Assembly: GCA_003344405.1 (NCBI GenBank)
Contig: NOWV01000013.1
Location: 248,001 to 312,000, forward strand
Reading direction: 5' to 3'
Origin: Trichoplax sp. H2
Taxonomy: Eukaryota
Length of the DNA: 64,000 nucleotides
Made by a program: the position numbers and the translations under genes. The notes beneath the pieces are model-generated. The model was not told where the DNA came from. It did not search any database and was given only the letters and a program-made list of their open reading frames with translations. Within the stretch, counting starts at the first letter, position 1. Each line of letters opens with the position of its first letter. Shown piece after piece: positions 1 through 12,599 of the stretch.

Positions 1-256
1 CAATCCAGTTATACTACTTTAATTTAAATTATAGTAGTAATTACTATACTGTATATGCACCCCATTCTCTGAAATAGAATCGTCCATCTCATGCAGTATA
101 CTGTGACTTTTTAAAATATTATTGTCTATATTGACATTGGATGGTATTAGCGCGTATATTTACCAAAACTTGATGTTATAATACATTATTGATTCCATTA
201 CTTGCAATTTCCATATATTATCTTTAACATCGCTGAACTATAATTTTTATTTTTAG

Positions 257-521
257 ATCTTAAAAGTCAAGAAAAGCTCAATCTCGTTAGATAAAGTAAG
301 TGAAATATCTTAATGCATATGCCGCTTCATGATTAATGAGTATTCGTAAACTAATAGCCAATTAGTCTTCTATTGGGTTATTATATTAGGATACTTAAAT
401 GCGAAATTTACTTTAATGCTAGGGCTCGAAGTCACGCCATAAAACTATCTGTGTCAACAAAAATGCAGACTTGACAGAAAAGCAAGTGCTAGAAATACTT
501 CAAGAAACATTATCACAATAG
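257..521 (+). CDS. 3' end of an unidentified spliced gene entering from the left (exons 257-295 and 423-521)
   Basis: Acceptor ttttag precedes 257, donor gtaagt is at 296, and acceptor gctag precedes 423. The splice is in frame and gives ILKVKKSSISLDK|GSKSRHKTICVNKNADLTEKQVLEILQETLSQ* (TAG 519-521). I do not recognise any family. Confidence 0.5.
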
Positions 522-586
522 ATTTTGGCTCATAATTTAATCAATTGTTACCACAATATCAATATGGATAAAATAAAACTTTATAG

Positions 587-810
587 AGCTGGGAATAAGA
601 TCAACACTGCACTAACTATTCAGACAGTTGGTAGATAATAACAATCAGCAGGAACGCCATTCGGTTAAAGTCCTAAGAAAATTGCTCATAATTATCCTTA
701 GCTGGGAATAAAATCAACACTGCACTAACTATTCAGACACTTGACAGATAATAACAAGCAGCAAGAACACTATTAGGTTAAAACGCTGAGAAAATTGCTC
801 ATAATTATCC
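587..810. repeat. Tandem duplication, two ~113 bp units
   Basis: agctgggaataa-atcaacactgcactaactattcagaca...gaaaattgctcataattatcc occurs at ~587-697 and ~700-810. Confidence 0.85.
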
Positions 811-2769
811 AGTTTAATTAATGATAATCCCCCAAAATATTCTACCCTTCTGTTTAGCCTTTAAGAATGGAACCTTGTCAGTAATCAAATCGCCGATACA
901 CGCCATAAAGGTGGTACGATCTATGGTAATTAGATCAGAAATCTTTCTCTACTATACTTGATATTTTACTTTTAAATTTTTGTAAAATAAATTATATGTT
1001 GTCTATTTTAAGCTGTAATAGTATGTAAGTTATCACCACTTCCGAAATTGCAACTAAAGAAGAGACTAATTTTTGTATGTAGCCTGTGCACCATATAAAA
1101 AATTTTTTTTAATTATTTTTATGAATGGCAATATGATATTAAATTTATGTGTATATTAACTTAATCCAGAATATTGGATAAGGCTACCAAAATTGGGAAG
1201 TATATTAATTAATATTAGAGCCATGATTATACTTATACTATATTTATATTGTAATAAGCTAATCTGCTAACTACTATGTGTCTATACTATACATCTCTTC
1301 CATCGCATAAATTTCAGACTGTACATTAATTGAACCGAACACATTCGACCTGACCATCAGCATCGGGAATGACGTCAATATTATGACTACGACTATAAGA
1401 TTATGCTCTATTTTGATTATATATCACATATCCCATATATCAATGCTAATAGGTTCATCTGGATGCAGCGATTCTGCCTTTTATCGTATCAATTTTATGT
1501 ATTAGCTTACTCCAAGAGATTCAGTATGGCTATCAGAATCATGAACGATGGTCAAATTAAATTATCCATTTTTTAAAGTTAAATTATCAATTTGTTGTGA
1601 CATTATGACCAGTACTAATAACTTAGTAATAAGAATTGATATTGATACCAAATCAAATCCATCTTCCGGAACTACCACAACTACTTTGCTAGGTATGATT
1701 ATAGGCGTATGCTGTGTCCGTTGACTAGCCGATAGTCCTTCATCAATGGTGACTGCATATTCGCTTACTTAGTTATTAGAAATTGACGAAGACACCAGTA
1801 AGAATATGAGTCATCGCTTAAAATAAAAAAATATAAACAATGTACGTATGCCTATCATTAAATGCAGCTTATGTTCGGATCCTGTCGACGATTCGTCCAT
1901 AGAATAGCGTAAACAGTAGCTAGCTAATCCTATAAATTAAGCCAGTATCAATCCAGCAACCCCTTAATAGGATAAATTAGCTTGAATCCTATCCAATACT
2001 GCAACATAAACGCCTATGAAGAGTAAACCAATTTGAACACCGTCTGCTCGTGTTTATTTAGTCTTAGTGACCCATTACAAGGTACAATTTAGCCGGTACT
2101 TTTCTCAATGTCTATCGGAAGTATCGACATTGAGAGCTACTATGAGTGACAGAGTAGAGTAACGCATAAAACAGACCTAATATCGCGATCGAATGGCTGC
2201 GATATCATGGAGAATAAGCAAAATATTGAAAAAGAAGCAACCTGCAAGCCGCCATGGCCGTTATCGTTTGAATCGTTGCCACATCGTCATGTAGCTTATA
2301 TATAGCGTTGTAGGAGGGTTTTGCGTAGCTCGCCTACCGACAGACTGCCGTTTACGCACGCTCAATGGTGAGCATCGTGTTGCGCTTTTAGCTATAGTAT
2401 TTGAGTAGAACTACGCAAGAGGGAGTACTGTTGTCATACAAAAGTCTCTTGCTATCATTTATGCGATTTCGTGGCTGAGTGGTTACCACCATACAAGCCA
2501 CTCTGAACCCACCGATTTGACAGCAATACACCCGATAGTGCTCTACGTTCTCATACAGTATAGAGCAAAATCGATCAACTCTGCTACCCCACCCACCCCT
2601 TGGCCAAAGCTCTTAAAGCGATCCATCGCCGCCGCGCTGGCTCATAGCGTTGCAAGAGTGTGGGCAAGAAAGCTGCTAGGTAATTCCTCTTCTCTTCTTC
2701 ACTATTTCTATCTCTAAGGTAGGCTGATCAATTCATGTCTATTAGCTAAGAAATGCAATTCTACAGGTA

Positions 2770-3190
2770 CTGTAAGGATGATATTTTCTCATGCAATAGT
2801 ACTGTCATTGCGAGCAGGATATTTTCCGTTGATAACGGTTGTCAATGTTACGGTATTCGTCCGTTAAGAAATGATGGACGTAGTCGTATACAATTGCGCT
2901 TGAACTTTTTCTTTTGCTACGATCGATGATGGAGTTTATGGAATAAATTAGATAGCTAGGCAGTTAAGAAAGAGTCATTACTTTAAGATATATTAGCACT
3001 CCATGCTATCTGTACTTGTATTGCAGGATGATATTTTCCATACATATCTTGAGTCATGTTATAATATCGGTCCGATCATAGGATACGACATGGGGTCGAA
3101 CTTGGCTTTTTTTTGCTTTTTGTCCATCATGGAGTTTGTAGAGAAAAAATGAATGAGTCAGGCATTCAGGAAAGAGCGATGACTTTAAAA
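2770..3190. repeat. Degenerate tandem duplication (~200-250 bp x2) upstream of CLC-A
   Basis: Colinear shared blocks aggatgatatttt, gaactt...ttttgct, atggagttt, aggca.t.a.gaaagag and acttta occur at ~2775-2990 and ~3025-3190. Confidence 0.6.
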
Positions 3191-3882
3191 AGAGAACATA
3201 CGTAGATATGCATTCGTATTACATGCTTATACAACTAGAAATAATTGTCATACCTACTGTGAAACAGCTACTTCTGACCTCGGAAAGACACTTATGCAAG
3301 TTGGCTAGAATATCCATGTTACTTGTATTCAATGAGGAAGCGACTGTGCAGTAGAACGTAACTGTTCAATGGATCATGGCAACAAAACAACAAGATCATC
3401 AACTCCCTCAAAATAAACTCAATACATTCAATGTGCATGGGATCTGTAGATGATACATCACCGCTTTAAAATTGAAATAGATGATTTCTATCCTATTTAC
3501 TATAAACACACGATGATTGAATTGCATGAGCTGATCTACTACGAGACGAGTGTTGTTGTGCTCAGCATTTCCGATCAAACACCCCAATAAATTGATTACT
3601 GTTACTACTCATCGACAAACTCACTCATGGATTAATGTCTCTTTCTCTGACTTAATGGACTACTTCCTAGTTTGGTAGATCGATAAAATTTCCTATCGTA
3701 TCGCTTTAACCATGTTCCACCTAATGAATGATTCGACCATTTATAATAATAATAATTATATACTCGTATTAAGGGAAAACTTTGTAATCCTTTCATTTCT
3801 TATTCCACAGGAAATTATTACTCTACGGCAGACCAAAACTTGTACATCAAAGGAGAGTATTGTCTGATACTACCATCAAACG

Positions 3883-6800
3883 ATGGCTCATCGAAACAGT
3901 GATAATCCAAATGTCCAAATCCGAAATCGATCAGAAAGTACATCGCATCTTGCTGATCAAGGTACTGGATTTTTCCAGTGGGGCCGCGATCTAGGTGGTA
4001 CCGATTCTAATCATAAATTTACCGAACATGAAAAAGACTTGCTTGCTCAATACCAAAGCGCCGATTACTTACCGCCATATAGCTGTGCTTATAAGGTTTG
4101 TCACTTTACAATGGATGTAAAGTAAGATCAACAAAGTAATCGATCTAATCTCCTCATCATATTAGTGATCAATCTACTTGAAGCAAATATCCAAACTACT
4201 TCTTCATGTACATGATTGTCACAAAGTAACATTAGCCCGTTGTGTGAAACTTGACAATTACAAGTGTTAGATCTGTTGTTTTTCTAAAATAGCTATTGGT
4301 ATGATGAACGATACTGCTATAGTCCACAGTCTCATTCATTATCATTTGAAACGTAGTACTGAAATCGTAGTCATCAAAATGGCAATATCGCTCACTTTCC
4401 CTACTCTATTGCTTCGTCGAGTGACCACAAACTAGGGCTAGCACATCGCGAGGTGGACTAGCACAAAATTAGTTAGGATTTATCAAGCGATAGCTTTCTA
4501 CACTTTCTAGTCAATGTGGTATCATCAACCTTTTAATAAAAGTTTATAATTTCCATGAGACAATCAAAGCTTTATTGAAAACACAGTGCCCTATCCAGAT
4601 TTTAAACTAATTTCTTCTTTTACCATTACTATAAAGTTATAGTGACTGATGAATTATTACTATTCCATGAAAGTTTTAAATTGTTAATTGTGCGATAATT
4701 TCCCTATGCTAATATTGTAACCAAAATACACCATTGAAGCTTTGAAGAATTTTCCCATCTTGGAAATCAATTATCTTTAGCTAATTAATTAGCGGCACAT
4801 TATATTAATAACGGTCTCAAATATTGCTAATCAAAACAATACGTCTGATGTATTATACATTTAATTCAGTTATCATCCGTATTCATTCTGATTTAGTGGA
4901 CTGTAATAAATAATGAATGAATATTTGAGTATTGAAATCAATTGCTTAACAAGGTTGTCTGGTACTGAATTTTTATTTTCAAACTTAATAATTCCTTATG
5001 GGTTTCTCACCAACAAGTAACTATAAATTTTCGTTATGAAAGGCAATCCATACTACACGTACAACCATACAGCGTGCTACTGTAGAGGAGTAGACATTGC
5101 GTTAAGCTACTGCCTAAGAAAGTTTTATAATAAATACCTTAGGCGAAACTGTCAACATAAAGTTAGCATTGGTAATAAAATTAAATTTGTTGGCTAGCTT
5201 CATTAAAAATATTAGTTGATTGCCTATTGACTCAAAAGATATGTCATTTGGTACGTACAGTATAAGCAATTGCTAGCGAACTGTGTGCTATTAAATATAA
5301 TAAAATAATTAGCAGTCCATGCTCTGTGGCACTAATTAAACAGCATAAATGCCTATACATCTGCTAATCTGACTATTGCAATTACTCCGTTTTATGTGTG
5401 CAATCAAATCCAGCTAATCTAGCGTAATCAAAATATGAATAAATAGATAAATGGGTGTGTTTATTGATCAACGTGAGACATTTTACCATATGGTGATGTG
5501 ACATATATATTTATATTAAGATGTAAGCGTATCCATTCAGTAAATAAGATGACCGTTTGAACCCAAAATTGATAACAAGCCCTTGATGCTGCAAAAGTCA
5601 ATCATTTTCCGATGCATTAAAGCAATTTAATTATTAAATCATAAATAGCTATCTAAATTTTTAAATTTTACCACACAATTAGAATTATCTAATTTTATTA
5701 CTGCATATAGGAATGGCTACGTCAACAACCTGCAAGATTAGATTGGGATAAATGGCTAATGATGGGTATTATTGGTTTTGTTGTTGGTATTACAGGATTT
5801 CTAATGCATCAAACTATTGGAGTTATTGCAGAGTATGTATATTACTTATTTATTGATAGATACCTTTACCTCCTTCGGCAATAAACGATGGTAGCGTACC
5901 TTTTGTTATACCAGCAATTTACCGTAATATGGAAGAGTGTAATTGTAACGGAAATAAACCAGTTCAGTCAGCAGATATTTAGTATTTATTTAGAATGATA
6001 TACGTATAAGTCATCAAAATTGTACTACTTTCCTATTGATCCAGGAGAGAAATGAATTCAACTGTCGCCATTTTTCATACTTCATATCCAATATTACTTG
6101 TGTACAGTTAATCAAAGATGTTCTTTCTTTTATCATATAGCTTGAAATGGGATCGCGCTTATGAGTACGTCAAGGTAAGCTATGACTCCTATCCTTACCT
6201 AATTTGAAGCATTAAAATATAATAATCTTGCAATTTTTACTGTTGCTGGTTCTGATTGTACCTATACGCATACCCTTTTATAGGAAAGAAATTTTGGAAT
6301 GGCATGGGTCTGGCTTGCGTTGATTGGTATTGGATTCGCTATTATTTCCTCTTTATTGGTTGTTGTAAGTATCTAATAACTACAGTACTGTATCAATAGA
6401 AATACTGGTATACGCGTGTATCAAATTGCACAAATTCAGTCAATCAACTTGTTGCACCATTCAATTTCTACTGTTATTAAATAGCTAACAAAGTCTGTTG
6501 ATACAATTTACAGCTATTTCACTTACCAGCTGGTGGATCAGGCATGCCCGAATTAATTGGGTTCTTAAATGGTACTCTTATTAGAAACGTCTTTGGCATA
6601 AAGACTGCAGTCATCAAGTTTCTATCTTGTGTATGTGCGGTTGGATCTGGTCTACCGGTTGGACCTGAAGGACCTATGATTCATTTAGGGTACTGAAGAG
6701 CTAATATCAATCGAGATTTGCTAAACTTAACTCACTGAGCGTATCCAATATAATAAATTTAATATTTTAATATAGGGCACTTATTGGAGGAGGCTTAAGC

Positions 6801-9800
6801 CAAGCCAAATCTTCAATCCTTAATTGTATTCTACCTATATTTGGAAGATTTCGTAATCCAGAAGATGAGTACGTCATCTATAGTTTTCTACAACTGTATT
6901 TGATAGTTTATTAATTGCGTCACAATATCAATATAATAATAGATCATCTGTATTCAATATTCAAAACTGACACAATTTATAGGCGTAATTTCATTAGTGC
7001 CGGAGCAGGAGCTGGAGTATCTGCAGCGTTTGGGGCTCCTGTTGGTGGATTACTATTCACTATGGAAGAAGTATCGTCTTTTTGGAGCTTAAAGCATGGC
7101 TGGATGACATTTTTCTGCTGCATGACATCGACATTTACAACAGTAAATAATTATTCCTTCAAATCAGTAAACCAATCGACTAAAATTGTATCCCAATGTT
7201 CTTATTTTAAAATTTAATCAATTACTACTCAGGATCTATTCAACTCAGCTTTTCAAGGTTTTCGATATACAGGCGATTTTGGTGCCTTTAAATCGAGAAA
7301 ATACATCTTATTCGAAGTATTTATTCGCAATTACTATCAGTTGTATTGTAATTCTATTTAAGGCGATTGTTTTAACATTTATAATTACTTATGAAAACAG
7401 GTTAAAAAAGAAATTTCCTTAAACATCTTGGCTTTCATACCATCCTTAATTATTGGAATGATTGGAGGCCTATTAGGTGCACTCTTTACCTTTCTAAATT
7501 TAAAGGTAATTACATCACATTTAACGTAACAACTACAATATATTAATTTTTATTAGAATTTAGAATTTAAGTATTAATACCGTCAATTTTATTATCAAGA
7601 TCGCTCGATCTCGCCGTCGCTTAGTTGGACGCTTTAAATCGACGTGGGTAAAAAACTTGATTCGCGTTTCCGAAGTTACATTAATCATGGTAAGTGTTAT
7701 AATCTAAGTATGAAGTACAATGCCCTACACGGTACGCATTATAATCTAAAATCTACCATTATCTTGGTTGTCTAGACCCTTACTGCAACCATGTCCATTC
7801 TGTTACCCGGTGGCTTTGGTTGTACTCCATATCAATGTCAGAATGTTAACACTACTGCTAATGTCTACCAGGGACCACTATGCAGACGTGGAGACCAGTA
7901 TAAAATTCATACCGAAAACGAAGTCGTTGGTTATACCTGTCCTGTTGGTATAACGAAGAACGTAAGCTCTCAAGTATATTTTACCAATCAAACCTATAAT
8001 CAAGGTAAGTTGGATGTGTTAAGCCAAGTCTACCTGCATCCTACTACATTAGGACTTTTATTTTTTCATTAGTGGCCTCACTAGTATCAGTGCAAGGAGA
8101 AGAGGCTATTCATCGTCTATTTTCCCGACAAACTTATCTACAATTTGATATTGGGTATTTATACCACCGATTTTATTAATACACTTCATTTGCAGCGGTG
8201 ATTTCATATCATCTAACTATTCTTTTCATCTGACTAATGTTTTCAGCCCATTAGCAACAGTGTTAGTGCTGTATTTCACCTTAGCCTGCTGGACTGCCGG
8301 TAGCGCAGTGTCAAGTGGTCTTGTAGTGCCTATGCTGTAAGGAGCTAACTCGTACATTACTTATTTTACAGAAGTATTGACTCTAAATACCGTAAAGGAT
8401 ATAAGTAAAATTATGAGTAACCCTTTAATCAATTGGCACTAAATTTTCTGATTAAACTTTTAATAATAATTCTTTTACTATTTCTATCACTATCAGACCG
8501 TAACTATATTGATATCAAATAAATGTGTAATTATACATACTATAATAATAATTTTACGGATATAAATTACCTGCTTACAGACTTGTTGGAGCGTTATACG
8601 GTCGCCTTATTGGCAGATTATTGGTAGTTATGTTCGGTGTTCATCAAACAGGCAAGATTTTGAAATACTATCCATAAACTACGACGCAGGTAATAAACAA
8701 TTTATCTGAAAACTAGTTCTTCATTCTGCAGGCTACTGGGCGTGGATGGATCCCGGTGCGTTCGCGTTAGTCGGCGCTGCGTCGTTCTTTGGAGGTGTAT
8801 CGAGATTAACGATGGCTTTAGCTGTAATCATGGTACAAAATTTTTCCATTCTATAATATACCTTAAATTAAAAATTATCAATTTATCCTACGCATTGACT
8901 GCGAAGGATACTAATGTAGCCCTTATAATGCTACTTTGCTCTTAATGCTTTAGATGGAAATTACCAACGATATTCAATTTCTATTGTTGGTCATGGTAGC
9001 AATATTAAGTGCAAAAGTATTGGGTGATTATATCACTCATCCGCTGTATCACGCTCTTCTTGAAATGAAATGTATTCCGTTTTTAGACAACGAATTATCC
9101 TTACACGATGAACACCATAACATGTTCGAATGAATTACGTTTGATGACGCATTTAGGATGATAATGCAATAAGTGCATCATTAATATTGGTCTATTTTTA
9201 AATATAATATTTAGACTAAACCTAGAATTTTACACTGCTGGCGATGTTATGACCAAAAAGCCTAAGGTACGTCTCCTAGATTAATTAGGAGTGCCGTAAA
9301 TATTAATATACTGCATATATAGTTCTTACTATTTTCCGATAAATGGTACAAACTTACATCCTCATTGGCTACGATTAATAATAATACAGTGTGTATATGA
9401 GCGCGAATCCGTAGCAAAACTGGCAAGATTGCTCCAAGAAACTAAGCATGGCGGTTTTCCTGTCATTAGGAAAGACGCCGTTAGTGGCCGAGATGTATTT
9501 GTTGGAATGATGTCGAGGTAAATCAGGAGAATTCATTTTCTAGTCTTTTCTATTTTCTAACTAGAATTGTAATTTCACGATAGCATGTTGATAATCTGTT
9601 TACAGAGATGAGTTAGAAGTGTTGTTGGCGGTTGGAGATTCCGTGTTTGAAGATCAATTTGGAAATAATGCTCACGAGATTGGCATTCTGCGTTATAATA
9701 TGGTATTAATTATATTATCGATATATAATAAAATACTATAGCACCTCATCGAAACGTTGAAGTTAACATTCCATTCGGTATATATATCTAGATGCATGAA

Positions 9801-10530
9801 GCGATTCTGCCAGTGAATTTTAATGAAACCGTGGCGAAATATGCTTCAGATGAAGCTTACCAACAATCTTATCTTAATCTTGTAAATACCTTATGATTAT
9901 ATTACTTTTTAAAACATAAAAGTTTCTTTGAAATATCGGACCACATTTCCAAACTTTTTGTATTGTTTTGGAATTGATTAAATCGAAAGTCTATACTACA
10001 ATGGTTATTGATTATGCGTTTCTATACTTACATACCTAGATTCCGTATATCAACCGATCTGTTACCAGTATTCAGATGTCATTCTCTCTACGTAGAACTT
10101 ATATTCTCTTCCGCACGATGGGAATGAGGTAACGTATTCATAAGTAGTATAGATAGCATAATTTCGGATTGATTGTGACTCCGAATATACATATACTTGG
10201 TATACTCGTTTGTATGAAGAAAATAGCTATCGTATAACACTTTATTTTATTAATTTCTTAGGCATTTACCTATAGTCGATGAAGTTAACAGGTAAGCTAG
10301 CTAATTATCCAAATAGAATTTATGGCAGGACCCAATATTGCCTGACGATCAATAATTACTGAAACGTTTGTATTTACAGAGTTGTCGGTATTTTAACCCG
10401 TAAGGATCTAATGGGATTTAGTATTGAAGAGCATATCCATGGCGATGACTATGGTCATGACCATATGCGTACCCCAACTGGTAAAAGAAGCGGAGATTTG
10501 GAACTGGATGAATTTCATCGTCGCGCTTAA
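3883..10530 (+). CDS. CLC-family chloride/proton exchanger with two C-terminal CBS domains, paralog A (CLC-6/7-like). 23 coding exons: 3883-4095, 5711-5832, 6141-6174, 6284-6364, 6514-6689, 6776-6868, 6983-7142, 7233-7316, 7401-7505, 7600-7689, 7776-8004, 8073-8154, 8247-8336, 8581-8651, 8732-8832, 8954-9123, 9215-9266, 9390-9517, 9606-9702, 9792-9881, 10040-10128, 10262-10291, 10380-10530
   Basis: The hand-spliced ORF is uninterrupted. It contains GSGMPE (selectivity Ser), GPEGPMIHLG (gating Glu), [16 protein letters not shown] (proton Glu), [31 protein letters not shown] (central Tyr), and CBS motifs HGGFPV and FRTMGMRHLPIVD...VGILTRKDL. Stop TAA is at 10528-10530. An acceptor at 3810 implies a 5'UTR intron. 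Confidence 0.93.
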
Positions 10531-11609
10531 ATTTATATCATGTATCTATAAAAATCTATGCGAAAGGCTATCATAAATTTGCTCGCTACGAAGTATTATC
10601 CCTTTCCAATTTTAAATTTTAAATCGGACTTTGAACACACAGTGCTTACAATTATTTGAAGAAATAAGCGATACAATTTTTAATAAGGATGTTAAAGTTA
10701 CACAGCCCATGATCAAAAAATACGTCAAAATCAGCTTTATATATATATATAACAATGCTACCAGTTTGACTTATCGTCCATGAATACATTGGGATTATCT
10801 ATAAATTTTTTTTACTGTATGTTATCGTTAACTATGTATTTCTATCCTGCAACAAATGTAATACAAATTGCAGAATATTTTGCAAGTGTTTAACAGAGAG
10901 CTTGAACAGTAATTTTGGGAAAAATTATTGTATATCGCATTCTAGACAACATTTTTGAAGACCTGAACTAAATAATAGCATTTTTTATTTATTTATTTTT
11001 TACTTGTAATGTACTAGCAGCATTTAAAATAAGTACGATACGGCTATAGTACTCTTTAATCCAACACAATTTCTTACTATTTGTATGCTATAAGGACCAT
11101 GATTTGTTACCAATATTCTTTTAAATTCATCAACCTTACTAATGTATTTGCAAAGCTAGAATATGAGCGAATATTTTAATAGATACAATAAAATATGTTA
11201 GCGGTTATATTGAGACCTAAAAATTACAAGATTAGCATTTTATAGCTTTAGTCTTTGTTAACCCATAATTTTGTGTATTCACGATACTATACCATGTTAT
11301 CCCATATTTAATGAAATCAGAAATTTGTATTAACGTATAAAGATCTATTTCAACCCACAAGAGCATAATTCTATAAAAGTGCTTCAATACTCTCATAAAG
11401 AAATTGGATTAAATCTGCATGAAATTAGTCAAAGCGGTTTTCAGATTAAATGATACTCTTATTTAATTCCAATTTCTCGAAAGACCTGTCAACTTTAGTT
11501 TCGCTTAAGTTATTTAGATTTACGAAGTGAGATCTGATTCTCTAGATGGTGATGCATGTCCTTGTATACAAATTGTCGCACTCAATATTAATATGAGGGT
11601 GTCAAAACC

Positions 11610-11940
11610 TTGTATATTCGCTAAAGTAGTAATACACCCTTACAGTTATCAATCAAGCCACTCTCTAAATCCAGATTTACATTTATAAATCAAGCTAATC
11701 CCTAAATTTTGAATCTATTTATCTTTACTGGTCCTTATTATTAACGGTAGACAGTAAATAATCTTCAAACACCTGATATAAGTACCACAACGTCATTCTA
11801 TTTCTATATATCAAGCACAAATAGCAATTTATCCTTACATTTACCAGTCAAACCACTCTCTAAATTAAAACTTTGACTAATGAAATACGTTAATTAACCC
11901 TTATTATTAACTGTATGCACTCAATTATTTTCTTAAATCT
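11610..11940. repeat. Degenerate tandem duplication (~170-195 bp x2)
   Basis: ccttaca.tta.ca.tcaa.ccactctctaaat occurs at ~11638 and ~11833, and ccttattattaac.gta at ~11733 and ~11899. Confidence 0.6.
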
Positions 11941-12599
11941 CTCAGCAAATATCAGAAAAATAATCGAATTTTTATAAAAAATTACGAGTATGGTCTTGCA
12001 TGCTACGTTGTAAATAGCCTACTGCATCGGTTACATGCAGTATATCCCACTTTATTTATCATTTCATTACTTGACTAATTTTTTTAACGATAGTATGTAT
12101 CAAGTATTTATTTATACCACAACTTTAAAGTACACAAAGGTTCCATCTATTTAAACTTAACAGAAATGTTCTACCACAGGAGAATCACATAATAACGGTA
12201 TAGTAATTTGATTTTCAATTCAAATGGAGCTGAAAGATTGATATTTATTGGATGACAAAATGGAACAATATTTATGCGATATAAAGGTTAATGCTAGATT
12301 TATAATTGGATATATTATCTTTCAGTAATACAATTATATAAATAGCCCAGATTGGAACTTAATAAACAATAAGACTATAAACTTCTAAGCTTGATATTTA
12401 AATTGATATTTTATTTAAATCGCCCAAAGTAAGAAGGAATACATCTAAATAAAGTAGGTGGGGAAATCAACGGGCACAATAAATACGAGGATAATAAACT
12501 ACTAATCTGGGCAGGCAAATTAACATTTATTTTACTAAATCAACCACTGGAAATAAAAGCCCTGAATAAACTAGAAACGTTGATATAGTAAAATAGACA

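Noticed and set aside
4021..4050. Acidic dileucine lysosomal sorting motif in the CLC N-termini (EHEKDLL, KKEKELL)
   Set aside because: The spacing does not fit [DE]xxxL[LI]; the -4 residue is His or Lys.
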